This document shows, one piece after another, positions 7,147-16,882 of a stretch of DNA of 63,421 bases. Made by a program: the position numbers and the translations under genes. Position 1 is the stretch's first letter, and each line of letters begins with the position of its first letter. Below the pieces are notes generated by a model. It saw only the letters and a list, made by a program, of their open reading frames with translations, did not search any database and was not told the DNA's origin. Origin of the DNA: an uncultured Planctomycetia bacterium (lineage in GTDB: Bacteria > Omnitrophota > Gorgyraeia > Pluralincolimonadales > Pluralincolimonadaceae); NCBI GenBank assembly GCA_964650515.1, contig CAZYUB010000013.1, positions 1 to 63,421 on the forward strand, given 5' to 3'.

Positions 7147-7395
7147 ATGAAAAAGATTAAACTGACTTCAGAAGAAAGAAAGATCGAAAAAAATCTCTTA
7201 GCTGTGGTTTATAAGTCCGCTTCGGCCAGCAAATTCCATGCTGTATCAGAAGCGATTGCGCATAGGAAAGAGGATGTGCTAAAGGAAATGCAAGAAAATC
7301 TAACAGACAGAAAAGTTATCGATAAATTTGAAGCGGAAGAACGCGCTAAAAATGTACGTTTTTATACGGCTGATGAAATACGGAAAAGAATATAA
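7147..7395 (+). CDS. Chimeric antitoxin-like protein (BrnA-type N-terminus plus RelB/Phd-like acidic-basic tail)
   Basis: 30 of the first 43 aa are identical to the 4432-4680 antitoxin; the RHH domain is replaced by ENLTDRKVIDKFEAEERAKNVRFYTADEIRKRI. Confidence 0.75.
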   Translation: MKKIKLTSEERKIEKNLLAVVYKSASASKFHAVSEAIAHRKEDVLKEMQENLTDRKVIDKFEAEERAKNVRFYTADEIRKRI

Positions 7396-7399
7396 AAAC

Positions 7400-7476
7400 G
7401 GAGAACATTTCACTCCAGCCCTCCGCAGTTTTGCTGGCGCAAAACTAAACGCGAGGGCTGGGTTCAAATGTTGGGC
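7400..7476 (+). repeat. Terminal attC site
   Basis: GGAGAAC...GTTGGGC; internal AGTTTTGC-TGGC-GCAAAACT hairpin. Confidence 0.9.
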
Positions 7477-7490
7477 TTTAGGAGAAGATA

Positions 7491-8081
7491 ATGTTTGATG
7501 ACATACCGCAGGGCATCCTTAACCGGATGAAGGAGCTTGAGCAGATCGACGCTCAAGATCGAGCTGACGGCACAGCCCGACTTGAGCGCCTTCGCCAGAT
7601 TCCCCCGGAGACAGGCAAGTTTATCGCGCTTCTTGCCGCAACCGCTCCTGCAGGACGATATCTTGAGATAGGAACCAGTGCAGGCTACTCCACTCTCTGG
7701 CTCGCGCTGGCGTGTCGCCTAGTCGGTCGAAGGATCACAACATTCGAAGTCCTTGACCAGAAGGTTAAACTGGCACGTCACACATTCGAAAGGGCAGGTG
7801 TCGGCGATGTCGTGGACCTCATCCACGGCAATGCCCTTGGCTATCTCCCCGGTTGTTCCGACGTGTCATTCTGTTTTCTCGACGCAGAAAAGGATATCTA
7901 CGCCGAGTGTTACGAAGTCATTGTCCCCAATATGGTGCCTGGCGGCATTCTTGTTGCCGACAACGCCATCAACCATGAGAAGGCGCTTCGGCCCATGCTG
8001 GACCGGGCATTGACCGATGACCGCGTGGACGCGCTCATCGTCCCGATCGGAAAAGGCGAACTGGTGTGCAGGAAGAAATGA
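7491..8081 (+). CDS. SAM-dependent O-methyltransferase (YrrM/COMT-like)
   Basis: [16 protein letters not shown] motif I; FCFLDAEK; ILVADN. Confidence 0.9.
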   Translation: MFDDIPQGILNRMKELEQIDAQDRADGTARLERLRQIPPETGKFIALLAATAPAGRYLEIGTSAGYSTLWLALACRLVGRRITTFEVLDQKVKLARHTFERAGVGDVVDLIHGNALGYLPGCSDVSFCFLDAEKDIYAECYEVIVPNMVPGGILVADNAINHEKALRPMLDRALTDDRVDALIVPIGKGELVCRKK

Positions 8082-8521
8082 CTAAACCGATCACACCACT
8101 TGTTGGCGCAGACACATTCCTTGTAAATGACAAGTCGCAGGTATGCCTCATCCAGCGTTCGGATACCCGGCTCTGGGCTTTGCCGGGCGGCTGTCAGGAT
8201 CTGGGTGAAACGCCAAAACAATGCGCGGAACGGGAATTTTACGAGGAGACGGGCCTGCAAATCGAGGCAACCCATTTGCTTGGTGTCTTCAGTTCTACCC
8301 TCTATTCCTACGACACCTATCCGTACAAGGAAAACGAATTTTGCCACTTGCTCTTCTTTGGCCGTTTTCTCGGGGGAAAAGAGAGAATATCCGGCGAATC
8401 AAAAGCTATTGCCTGGTATTCTGAAAATTCCCTGCCAAAGCTTTCAGATGGCCACGAACCCAGGATCCGGTTTGGTTTCGCCTGGCTGAAAAACAAATCT
8501 ATAGGGCCACACTTTGAATGA
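8078..8521 (+). CDS. Nudix hydrolase
   Basis: Nudix box [23 protein letters not shown]; ATGA overlap with upstream stop. Confidence 0.9.
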   Translation: MTKPITPLVGADTFLVNDKSQVCLIQRSDTRLWALPGGCQDLGETPKQCAEREFYEETGLQIEATHLLGVFSSTLYSYDTYPYKENEFCHLLFFGRFLGGKERISGESKAIAWYSENSLPKLSDGHEPRIRFGFAWLKNKSIGPHFE

Positions 8522-9393
8522 AAAGTAAAATACTCCTATTAGGCATCACGCTGGCCGTATTATTCTTTCTTTTGTCGGTCCTGCCCGTCAATTCGCGCTA
8601 TGCTTATTCCGGCGACATCCATATATATTACGAGGACTACGGGCGAAAGGATGCCCCGGCGATCGTCTTCATCCACGGCTGGTCGTGCGACCATACCGTA
8701 TGGCGGCTGCAGGTACCGGAGTTACGCAAGGACTACCGCCTTATCATCGTTGATCTGCCCGGCTTCGGGTCAAGCAGCAAGCCCACCAATGTCGCGTATA
8801 CCCCGGATTATCTCGCCGAGGCCGTCGGCGCGGTAATGTCGTCGGCCGGGATAGAGCGCGCCGTTCTTGTCGGGCACAGCAGCGGTTTTGCGGTAGCGCG
8901 CAGGTTTGCGATCAAGTATCCCGAGAAGACCGCGGCGATCTGCGACGTAGATGGGGTATTTATGGATCTGGCCTGGGACCCGAAAGCCCTGGAGGCGTTC
9001 AAGGCCGAGATGGACACCTTTATGAAAGGGCTCAACGGCAAGGACAGGGAAGAGTTCGTTCGCTGGTTCGTTAATATGACTTTCTACGGCAAGACCCCGG
9101 AATCTCTGCAAAAAGAGATAATGGTGTTAATGACCAAAGCGAACGCGTATGCCGCCAACAGCGCGATGGAGGAGATGTGGCGCCCCAAGGAGTGGGAGAG
9201 AGCCGTAGTCAAGGCGCCCATGCTGGCTATCTACGCAAAGATACCGGAATTGCCTCTCGACGAGGAGGCGCAGCTAAAAGCCCAATTCCCCGATCTTACC
9301 TACGTCGAATGGGACGATACCGGGCATTTCCTGATGATGCAGCATCCGGAAAGGTTCAATAAACTGCTGTCGGATTTCATCAAAAGCCTATAA
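8518..9393 (+). CDS. Exported alpha/beta hydrolase
   Basis: Signal/anchor helix; VFIHGW oxyanion motif; GHSSG nucleophile elbow; C-terminal GHFLM. Confidence 0.9.
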   Translation: MKSKILLLGITLAVLFFLLSVLPVNSRYAYSGDIHIYYEDYGRKDAPAIVFIHGWSCDHTVWRLQVPELRKDYRLIIVDLPGFGSSSKPTNVAYTPDYLAEAVGAVMSSAGIERAVLVGHSSGFAVARRFAIKYPEKTAAICDVDGVFMDLAWDPKALEAFKAEMDTFMKGLNGKDREEFVRWFVNMTFYGKTPESLQKEIMVLMTKANAYAANSAMEEMWRPKEWERAVVKAPMLAIYAKIPELPLDEEAQLKAQFPDLTYVEWDDTGHFLMMQHPERFNKLLSDFIKSL

Positions 9394-9453
9394 AGAAGAT
9401 TTTTGAAAGAAAATCCCTCCTTTTTACGTCTACTATAGCGTCCTATAATATTA

Positions 9454-9481
9454 TTGACATATTTGTCGGGTGTGCTATAAT
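9454..9481 (+). promoter_or_regulatory. sigma70 promoter of ilv operon
   Basis: TTGACA-16-TATAAT with TG extension. Confidence 0.85.
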
Positions 9482-9546
9482 TCTGGTTTACAATGGCTTA
9501 GACTTTCCTTACGCCAGTAACCCCAAGTAATATAAGGAGATATATC

Positions 9547-11205
9547 ATGTTCAGGAGCGAAAGGGTCAAAAAAGGCCTCGAAAAGGTCGGTAGCAGGTCA
9601 CTGATGTATGCGACAGGCATGACTAAGTCCGAGATAGAGAGGCCGTTCATCGGCATAGCGTCCAGCTTTACAGACCTCGTGCCTGGGCATGTCCATTTAA
9701 GGGAGCTCGAGCGCTCTATCGAACACGGCATATACGCTGCCGGCGGGACCGCTTTCGTCTTCGGGATACCGGCTATCTGCGATGGCATCGCGATGGGGCA
9801 CTTGGGCATGAACTGCTCGCTCCCGTCGAGGGAACTTATCGCCGACTCGGTCGAGATGGTCACTACCGCGCATGCGCTGGACGGGCTTATTTTGCTCACG
9901 AACTGCGACAAGATAACTCCCGGAATGATGATGGCAGTGAGCCGCATGAACATACCGGCGATCGTCGTTACCGGCGGGCCGATGCTCTCGGGCCGCGCGC
10001 AGATGAGGCGCCTTTCGCTCGTCAAAGACACATTTGAGGCGGTCGGTAGGCACAAAGCGGGGCATATCTCGAGGGAAGAGCTCGAGGAGCTCGAATGCAA
10101 CGCGTGCCCGGGCGCCGGAGCGTGCCAGGGGCTTTATACCGCTAACACGATGGCCTGCGTCTCTGAGGCGATAGGCATGGCCATGCCGGGCGGGGCAACG
10201 GCGCTTGCCTCGTCGGCGAAGAGGGAGAGGATAGCTTACGTCAGCGGCGAGAGGATAGTCGAACTCGTCAGGAAAGAGATAACACCGAAGAAGATAATGA
10301 CACTGAAGGCGTTCGAGAACGCGTTGCGCGTCGATATGGCGCTCGGCGGCTCGACGAACACCGTCTTGCATGTCACGGCGATCGCGCACGAGCTGGGGAT
10401 CAAACTGCCCATCGAGATCTTCGACAGCATCAGCAGGGATACGCCGCATATATCGGATATTTTGCCGTCGGGCAAGTATTTCATGGAAGACCTCGAGTTC
10501 GCGGGCGGAATTCCCGCGGTCATGAAGAGGTTGAAGACGAAGCTCAGCGACCATATGACCGTCAGCGGGAAGACCGTCTACCAGATAGCGGATTCCGCGC
10601 GCATCGACGATGAAGAGGTCATAAGGCCGCTTAACAGGCCTTACCATAAAGAAGGAGGGATCGCCGTCCTGAAGGGCAATATCGCCCCGGACGGCGCCGT
10701 AGTCAAGCAGACCGCGGTCCAGGAGAAGGTAAAGCATTTCATAGGGAAGGCGAAGGCCTTCAACTCCGAGGAAGACGCGATGAGGGCGATCATGGCCGGC
10801 AATATCAAGGCCGGCGATTGCGTCGTCATCCGTTACGAAGGGCCGAAGGGCGGCCCGGGGATGAGGGAGATGTTATCCCCGACGGCGGCGATAGTCGGCC
10901 TCGGCCTCGCGGACAAGGTCGCTCTGATCACGGACGGCAGGTTCTCGGGCGGAACGCAGGGGCCGTGCCTCGGGCATATATCCCCCGAAGCGGCCGAAGG
11001 CGGGCCGATCGCCGCGATACGCGACGGCGACACTATCGAGATAGACATCCCGAAAAGGAAGCTCGAGTTGAAGGTCTCGAAGGCCGAATTGGCAAAACGA
11101 ATGAAAACTATAAAGGCGCAGAAGCCGAAGATAACGACGGGATACCTCGCGCGTTACGCGAAACTCGTCACATCCGCAAGCACCGGCGCCGTCATGAAAG
11201 GTTAA
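9547..11205 (+). CDS. ilvD: Dihydroxy-acid dehydratase
   Basis: [38 protein letters not shown]. Confidence 0.97.
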   Translation: MFRSERVKKGLEKVGSRSLMYATGMTKSEIERPFIGIASSFTDLVPGHVHLRELERSIEHGIYAAGGTAFVFGIPAICDGIAMGHLGMNCSLPSRELIADSVEMVTTAHALDGLILLTNCDKITPGMMMAVSRMNIPAIVVTGGPMLSGRAQMRRLSLVKDTFEAVGRHKAGHISREELEELECNACPGAGACQGLYTANTMACVSEAIGMAMPGGATALASSAKRERIAYVSGERIVELVRKEITPKKIMTLKAFENALRVDMALGGSTNTVLHVTAIAHELGIKLPIEIFDSISRDTPHISDILPSGKYFMEDLEFAGGIPAVMKRLKTKLSDHMTVSGKTVYQIADSARIDDEEVIRPLNRPYHKEGGIAVLKGNIAPDGAVVKQTAVQEKVKHFIGKAKAFNSEEDAMRAIMAGNIKAGDCVVIRYEGPKGGPGMREMLSPTAAIVGLGLADKVALITDGRFSGGTQGPCLGHISPEAAEGGPIAAIRDGDTIEIDIPKRKLELKVSKAELAKRMKTIKAQKPKITTGYLARYAKLVTSASTGAVMKG

Positions 11206-11211
11206 TACAGA

Positions 11212-12885
11212 ATGACAACTAAGATGAACGGGGCGAAGATACTCGTCGAATCGCTCAAAAAAGAAGGCGTCGGGGCCGTGTTCGGCTATCCGGGCGGGCA
11301 GGCGTTGCCGCTCTTCGACGCGATATACCATTCCGACCTTAAGTTCTACCTCGTCAGGCACGAGCAGGCCGCGGCGCACGCCGCCGACGGCTACGCGCGC
11401 GTCACGGGAAAACCCGGCGTCTGCATAGCGACCTCGGGCCCGGGAGCGACGAACCTCGTCACGGGCATAGCGACCGCGTATATGGACTCGATACCGATGG
11501 TCGCGATAACCGGGCAGGTCAAGACGTTCATGATAGGCAATGACGCGTTCCAGGAGGCCGACATGCTCGGCATAACGCGGCCCATTACGAAGCATAATTA
11601 CCTGGTCAAGGATGTCAAGGACCTCGCGAGGACGATAAAGGAAGCGTTCCATATTGCCTCTACGGGAAGGCCGGGGCCGGTCCTCATAGACCTGCCGTCG
11701 GACGTCCAGCTGGCCGAGACGGAGTTCCATTATCCGTCGGAGGTCAACATACGCAGCTATAAGCCGACCTACTGCGGGCACCCGGGGCAGATAAGGAAGG
11801 CCGCGAAGATGATATCGGAGTCGAAGAAGCCGGTCATCTACGCCGGCGGCGGCGTCATATTATCGGGCGCGTCGAAGCAGCTCAGGGAGTTCGCCGAGAA
11901 GATAAATTCGCCCGTCACGATGACTTTACTGGGCCTCGGTGGGTTCCCCGGGAACCACGAGCTTTCGCTCGGCATGCTCGGCATGCACGGCACCGGATAC
12001 GCGAACCACGCGGTCCAGAATTGCGACCTGCTGATAGCGATAGGCGCGCGTTTCGATGACCGCGTCACGGGCAAGGTCGACGAGTTCGCGCCGCACGCGA
12101 AGGTCATACACATCGACATAGACCCTTCGGCGATCTCGAAGAGCGTCGCGGTCGACGTGCCGATAGTCGGCGACGTCAAATGCGTCCTCGACGAGATGCT
12201 GAAGATAGTCCACCGGCCGCATGACAAGGAATGGACCGAGAAGATAGTCGAGTGGAAGAAGAAGCACCCGCTTAACTATAAGATGGACGATAGCCTGCGC
12301 CCGCAGTACGTCATTCAGCAGATCTGCGAGGCGACGAAGGGCGAGGCGGTCATAGCGACCGACGTCGGCCAGCACCAGATGTGGACCGCGCAGTGGTACA
12401 AGTTCGCGAGGCCGCGCGAGTTCCTATCGAGCGGCGGGCTCGGGACGATGGGTTACGGTTTCCCGGCCGGAATAGGCGCGAAGGCCGGCAGGCCCGACGC
12501 GCAGGTCTTCGTCATAAGCGGCGACGGATCGATACAGATGAACATACAGGAACTATCTACGGCGGTCGTCAACAATATCGACGTCAAGATAGCGATACTG
12601 AACAATTCGTTCCTCGGCATGGTCCGCCAGTGGCAGGAAATCTTTTACGGGAAGAGGTATTCCCATACGAAGATGACCAACCCGGACTTTGTCAAGATAG
12701 CCGAGGCGTACGGCGCCACCGGGGTCAGGATAGAGAAGAAGGAGGAGGTCCGCCCGGCGATAGAGAAGGCGATGCACACGAAGGGTGTGGTCGTGATGGA
12801 ATTCATAGTCGAACCGGAGGAGAACGTCTACCCGTTCGTTCCCGCCGGCAAACGGCTCGATGATATGATAGGGAGCATGGCATGA
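11212..12885 (+). CDS. ilvB: Acetolactate synthase large subunit
   Basis: [32 protein letters not shown]. Confidence 0.97.
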   Translation: MTTKMNGAKILVESLKKEGVGAVFGYPGGQALPLFDAIYHSDLKFYLVRHEQAAAHAADGYARVTGKPGVCIATSGPGATNLVTGIATAYMDSIPMVAITGQVKTFMIGNDAFQEADMLGITRPITKHNYLVKDVKDLARTIKEAFHIASTGRPGPVLIDLPSDVQLAETEFHYPSEVNIRSYKPTYCGHPGQIRKAAKMISESKKPVIYAGGGVILSGASKQLREFAEKINSPVTMTLLGLGGFPGNHELSLGMLGMHGTGYANHAVQNCDLLIAIGARFDDRVTGKVDEFAPHAKVIHIDIDPSAISKSVAVDVPIVGDVKCVLDEMLKIVHRPHDKEWTEKIVEWKKKHPLNYKMDDSLRPQYVIQQICEATKGEAVIATDVGQHQMWTAQWYKFARPREFLSSGGLGTMGYGFPAGIGAKAGRPDAQVFVISGDGSIQMNIQELSTAVVNNIDVKIAILNNSFLGMVRQWQEIFYGKRYSHTKMTNPDFVKIAEAYGATGVRIEKKEEVRPAIEKAMHTKGVVVMEFIVEPEENVYPFVPAGKRLDDMIGSMA

Positions 12886-13400
12886 AACACACTATATCGG
12901 CTCTTGTTGAGAACCACTCGGGAGTGCTGTCGAGGATATCCGGGCTCTTTTCCGCGCGCGGATTCAACATCAATTCGCTGACGGTCGGGGAGACCGAGGA
13001 CCCGACGGTCTCGAGGATGACGATAGTCGTCGACGGCGACGAGCGCACGCTCGAGCAGGTCAAGAAGCAGCTGAACAAGCTTATCGACGTCATAACGGTG
13101 CAGGACCTGACGAAGACGAGGTTCATCGACCGCGAGCTGCTGCTGATAAAAGTGTCGGTCGAGTCGCCGAAGGACCGCACCGAGATAATCGACACCGCGG
13201 AAGCGATGAAAGCGGATGTCGTCGACCTCGGGGCGAACACGGTGACCGTCGAGGCGACGGGCGAGACCCAGAAGATAGACAGGCTCATAGAAGCGCTGAG
13301 GCAGTTCGGGATAAAAGAGATAGTGAGGACCGGAAAGATAGCGATGTCGCTTGATCCGAAGGGAAATACACAACACACTCCAAAGGAGGAAGAAGAGTAA
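12882..13400 (+). CDS. ilvN: Acetolactate synthase small subunit
   Basis: [26 protein letters not shown] domain. Confidence 0.96.
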   Translation: MKHTISALVENHSGVLSRISGLFSARGFNINSLTVGETEDPTVSRMTIVVDGDERTLEQVKKQLNKLIDVITVQDLTKTRFIDRELLLIKVSVESPKDRTEIIDTAEAMKADVVDLGANTVTVEATGETQKIDRLIEALRQFGIKEIVRTGKIAMSLDPKGNTQHTPKEEEE

Positions 13401-14402
13401 ATGGCAAAGGTATATTACGACAAAGACGCGGACTTGGATGTCATAAAAAACAAGACGATAGCGATAATCGGCTATGGCATACAGGGCCGCGGGCAGTCGC
13501 TCTGCCTCAGGGATTCGGGATGCAAGGTAGTCGTTTCCGAAATGCCGGGCACCGTTAACTACGAGATGGCGAAGAAGGACGGTTTCGAGCCCGTCTCGGC
13601 CGCCGAGGCCGCTAAGCAGGCGGACATAATACAGATACTGACCCAGGACCACGTCCAGGCCAAGGTGTATAAAGAGAGCATCAAGCCGAATCTTAAAAAA
13701 GGCAAAGCGCTCTGCTTCTCGCACGGCTTCAATATCCGCTTCAAGCAGATAAAGCCGCCGAAGAACGTCGACGTCTTCATGATAGCGCCGAAAGGCCCGG
13801 GCGCGTTGGTGCGCAGGATGTACGAAGAGGGCAAAGGTGTGCCTTCTCTTGTCGCGATATACCAGGACGCGACAGGCAGCGCGAAAAAGATAGCTTTGGC
13901 TTACGCTAAGGCAATAAAAGCGACGACCGCGGGTGTCATCGAGACGACGTTCGAGGAAGAGACCGAGACGGACCTCTTCGGCGAACAGGCAGTCCTCTGC
14001 GGCGGCGTCAGCGAGCTGATAAAAGCCGGCTTCGACACGCTCGTCGAGGCGGGATACCAGCCCGAGATAGCTTATTTCGAGGTCCTGCATGAGCTGAAGC
14101 TGATAACGGATCTGATACAGGAGAGGGGTATCGCGGGAATGCGCCGCGGCGTATCGAATACCGCGACCTACGGCGACCTGAGCCGCGGGCCGAGGATAAT
14201 AACCGCGAAGACGCGCAAAGAAATGAAAAAGATGCTCAAGGAGATAAAGTCCGGCAAGTTCGCAAGGGAATGGATCAAGGAGAACGAGACCGGCAGGAAG
14301 AACTTCGACAGGCTGCTCAAGGAAGGCGATGAGCACAAGATCGAGAAGGTCGGTAAAGATCTCCGCGAAATGATGCCTTGGATGCGCAGCGAGCGCAAGT
14401 AG
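13401..14402 (+). CDS. ilvC: Ketol-acid reductoisomerase
   Basis: [32 protein letters not shown]. Confidence 0.97.
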   Translation: MAKVYYDKDADLDVIKNKTIAIIGYGIQGRGQSLCLRDSGCKVVVSEMPGTVNYEMAKKDGFEPVSAAEAAKQADIIQILTQDHVQAKVYKESIKPNLKKGKALCFSHGFNIRFKQIKPPKNVDVFMIAPKGPGALVRRMYEEGKGVPSLVAIYQDATGSAKKIALAYAKAIKATTAGVIETTFEEETETDLFGEQAVLCGGVSELIKAGFDTLVEAGYQPEIAYFEVLHELKLITDLIQERGIAGMRRGVSNTATYGDLSRGPRIITAKTRKEMKKMLKEIKSGKFAREWIKENETGRKNFDRLLKEGDEHKIEKVGKDLREMMPWMRSERK

Positions 14403-14418
14403 TTCGTGCGCGAGCGAA

Positions 14419-14466
14419 GCCCCTGCGTCTTGATTGCGCGGCTTCAGCCGCGGAATCAGCAGGGGT
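14419..14466. repeat. Intergenic long imperfect palindrome (REP/PATE-like)
   Basis: CCCCTGC/GCAGGGG, TGATT/AATCA, CGCGGC-TTCA-GCCGCG; no U-tail. Confidence 0.6.
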
Positions 14467-14484
14467 AAAGAGAGGTTATATAAA

Positions 14485-16017
14485 ATGGAAAAGATAATAA
14501 TCTTCGATACGACGCTTCGCGACGGGGAGCAATGCCCCGGCGCGTCTCTCGAGGCGCACGAGAAGCTCGAGATAGCCAGGCAGCTCGTGCGGATCAAGGT
14601 GGATGTGATAGAAGCGGGTTTCCCGGTATCATCTCCGGGAGATTTCGCCGCTGTAAGGACGATAGCGCAGAAGGTCAAGGGCCCGGTCATATGCGGGCTC
14701 GCGAGATGCCTGAAGAAGGACATAGAAGCGGCGGGCGAGGCCATTAAGCCCGCTTCTAAAAAGCGCATCCACGTGTTCCTCGCGACATCGAAGATACACA
14801 TGAAGTATAAATTGAGGAAGGCCGAGGACGAAGTCATACGCCTCGCTGTCGAAGGGGTGAAGTACGCCCGGCGTTTTACGGATGACGTCGAATTCTCGCC
14901 CGAAGACGCGTCGAGGAGCGAGAAGGAGTTCCTCTACCGCGTCATTGAGCAGGCGATCATCGCGGGCGCAACCACGATAAACGTCCCCGATACCGTCGGA
15001 TACGCGATGCCCGAAGAGTACGGCGGGCTTATACGCGACATAAGGAGCCACGTGCCGAACATCGGCCGCGCGGTGATCAGCGTGCACTGCCATAATGACC
15101 TCGGCCTTGGCGTCGCGAACTCGATAGCCGCGATAAAGAACGGCGCGAGGCAGGTCGAATGCACGGTAAACGGCCTCGGCGAGCGCGCCGGAAACGCCTC
15201 GATGGAAGAGATCGTCATGGCCATAAGGACCAGGAAGGATTTTTTCGGGAACCTCTCGACGGGGATAGTGACCGAGGAGATATCGAAGACGAGCAGGCTC
15301 GTCTCGAAATTGACCGGCATGATGATACAGCCGAACAAAGCGATAGTCGGGCAGAACGCGTTCGCGCACGAGTCCGGCATACACCAGGACGGCATCCTCA
15401 AGAAGCGCACTACCTACGAGATAATGAGCCCGCGCGAGATAGGGCTTAACGCGTCGAACCTCGTTTTGGGCAAGCACTCGGGCAGGCACGCTTTCACCGA
15501 GAAGCTCAAGAAGCTCGGGTATCCGCTCAGTGAGGCGCAGGCGGCGAAGGCCTTCGAGAGTTTCAAGGTGTTGGCCGATAAGAAGAAGTTCATATACGAC
15601 GAGGACCTCGAGACGTTGATGGAAGAGGGCTCGGGCGGCCTTTCCGACACATGGAAACTCGTATCGTTCCGCACGGTGGCAGGGACGCGGGAGACGCCGG
15701 TCGCTGAGGTCAAATTGCAGTCGAAGGAAGGCATCAAGGCCGCTTCCGCAGAGGGAGACGGCCCCGTCGACGCGTGCTGCAAGGCGATAGACAAGATAAC
15801 GAAGATAAAGGGCGAATTGATCGACTACGCTTTGCAGTCGGTCACTAAAGGCAAGGACGCGATGGGCGAGGTCACCGTAAGGGTCCGCTCGAAGGAGAAG
15901 ATGGTGCTCGGCAAGGCGGCCTCGACGGATGTCATCGAGGCGAGCGTGAAGGCGTACCTCAACGCGGTGAATAAATTGGCGCACAAGGAAAATAAGAGAT
16001 TGAGAATTGAGATCTAA
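14485..16017 (+). CDS. leuA: 2-isopropylmalate synthase
   Basis: IFDTTLRDGEQ, HCHNDLGL, GERAGN, C-terminal regulatory domain; ATG 14485 preferred over the track start. Confidence 0.95.
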   Translation: MEKIIIFDTTLRDGEQCPGASLEAHEKLEIARQLVRIKVDVIEAGFPVSSPGDFAAVRTIAQKVKGPVICGLARCLKKDIEAAGEAIKPASKKRIHVFLATSKIHMKYKLRKAEDEVIRLAVEGVKYARRFTDDVEFSPEDASRSEKEFLYRVIEQAIIAGATTINVPDTVGYAMPEEYGGLIRDIRSHVPNIGRAVISVHCHNDLGLGVANSIAAIKNGARQVECTVNGLGERAGNASMEEIVMAIRTRKDFFGNLSTGIVTEEISKTSRLVSKLTGMMIQPNKAIVGQNAFAHESGIHQDGILKKRTTYEIMSPREIGLNASNLVLGKHSGRHAFTEKLKKLGYPLSEAQAAKAFESFKVLADKKKFIYDEDLETLMEEGSGGLSDTWKLVSFRTVAGTRETPVAEVKLQSKEGIKAASAEGDGPVDACCKAIDKITKIKGELIDYALQSVTKGKDAMGEVTVRVRSKEKMVLGKAASTDVIEASVKAYLNAVNKLAHKENKRLRIEI

Positions 16018-16882
16018 AAAGACAACAGGCCGTACCGGGATTTTCGGGATAATCGGGTTCCCGCTTAAGCACACGCTGTCGCCGCATTTTCAAAATGCGG
16101 CATTCGCTTATCTGGGCCTCGACGCGAGGTATATCCCGTTCGAGATTTCGCCCGCTGAACTTTCGACTGCTTTCAGCGGGCTCAAAGGCCTCGGCGCGCG
16201 CGGGATAAACGTCACGATACCGCATAAACAGGCGGTATTGAAACTGCTCGATTCCGTATCGCCGGAGGCGAAGGGCATCGGCGCGGTGAATACCGTCGTG
16301 TTCAAAGGCGGCAAAACGAAAGGGTATAATACCGACGGCAAAGGTTTTATCCGTTCATTGAAGAGCGACCTGAAGTTCGGCCCGAAAGGCAAAGCCGTGT
16401 TCCTTTACGGATGCGGCGGCGGGGCGCAGGCGATAGCGTTTATGCTCGCGAAGGAAGGCGCACGTTCGATCGCTTTCACGGACCTGGACGAAAGGCGCGC
16501 GGAGGCGTTGTCGTCGAAGATAGAAAAGGATTTCCGGAAGTGCGCCGTGAAGCATGTGCCTTTTTCGGCGGCGCTGATAGAGAGGGAGGTACTCGGTTCG
16601 GACCTGCTCGTAAACGCGAGCCCGGTTGGGATGCATAAGGGCGACCCCTGCATAGTAAACCCGAAAGCGCTGCACGCGAAACTCGCGGTATACGATATCG
16701 TGTATAATCCGCCGGTGACGCCGCTTATCGGGGAAGCGAAGAAGCGGGGGCTTAAGGCCGCCAACGGCCTCGGGATGCTTTTATACCAGGGCGTGCTTTC
16801 GTTCGAGCTGTTCACGGGAAAGAAAGCGCCGGTCGCGGTGATGCGCGGCGCGCTGAAAAAGGCGGCCAAATGCTGTCGATAA
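16007..16882 (+). CDS. aroE: Shikimate dehydrogenase
   Basis: HTLSP, GINVTIPHK, GAVNTV, GYNTDG, NGLGMLLYQG. Confidence 0.95.
   Translation: MRSKKTTGRTGIFGIIGFPLKHTLSPHFQNAAFAYLGLDARYIPFEISPAELSTAFSGLKGLGARGINVTIPHKQAVLKLLDSVSPEAKGIGAVNTVVFKGGKTKGYNTDGKGFIRSLKSDLKFGPKGKAVFLYGCGGGAQAIAFMLAKEGARSIAFTDLDERRAEALSSKIEKDFRKCAVKHVPFSAALIEREVLGSDLLVNASPVGMHKGDPCIVNPKALHAKLAVYDIVYNPPVTPLIGEAKKRGLKAANGLGMLLYQGVLSFELFTGKKAPVAVMRGALKKAAKCCR

Larger units (their letters stand above)
1..7476 (+). mobile_element. Integron gene-cassette array (sedentary-integron-like or CALIN; continues left of window; integrase not in window)
   Basis: 13 attC-type imperfect palindromes separate single- or few-gene AT-rich units, all in one orientation. 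For 11 consecutive cassettes the R'' heptamer is the exact reverse complement of the R' heptamer at the cassette's 5' end. Confidence 0.96.

Noticed and set aside
777-7476. Repeat array as CRISPR
   Set aside because: Units between repeats are gene-sized ORFs, the repeats have R-L-L-R attC architecture with variable loops, and there are no cas genes.
9398-9426. Terminator after the hydrolase gene
   Set aside because: The stem (GATTTT/AAAATC) is weak and AT-only, and the U-run is displaced from it.
9493-9501. uORF ATG-GCT-TAG as an ilv attenuator peptide
   Set aside because: No Ile/Leu/Val codons and no terminator/antiterminator hairpins in the 5' UTR.
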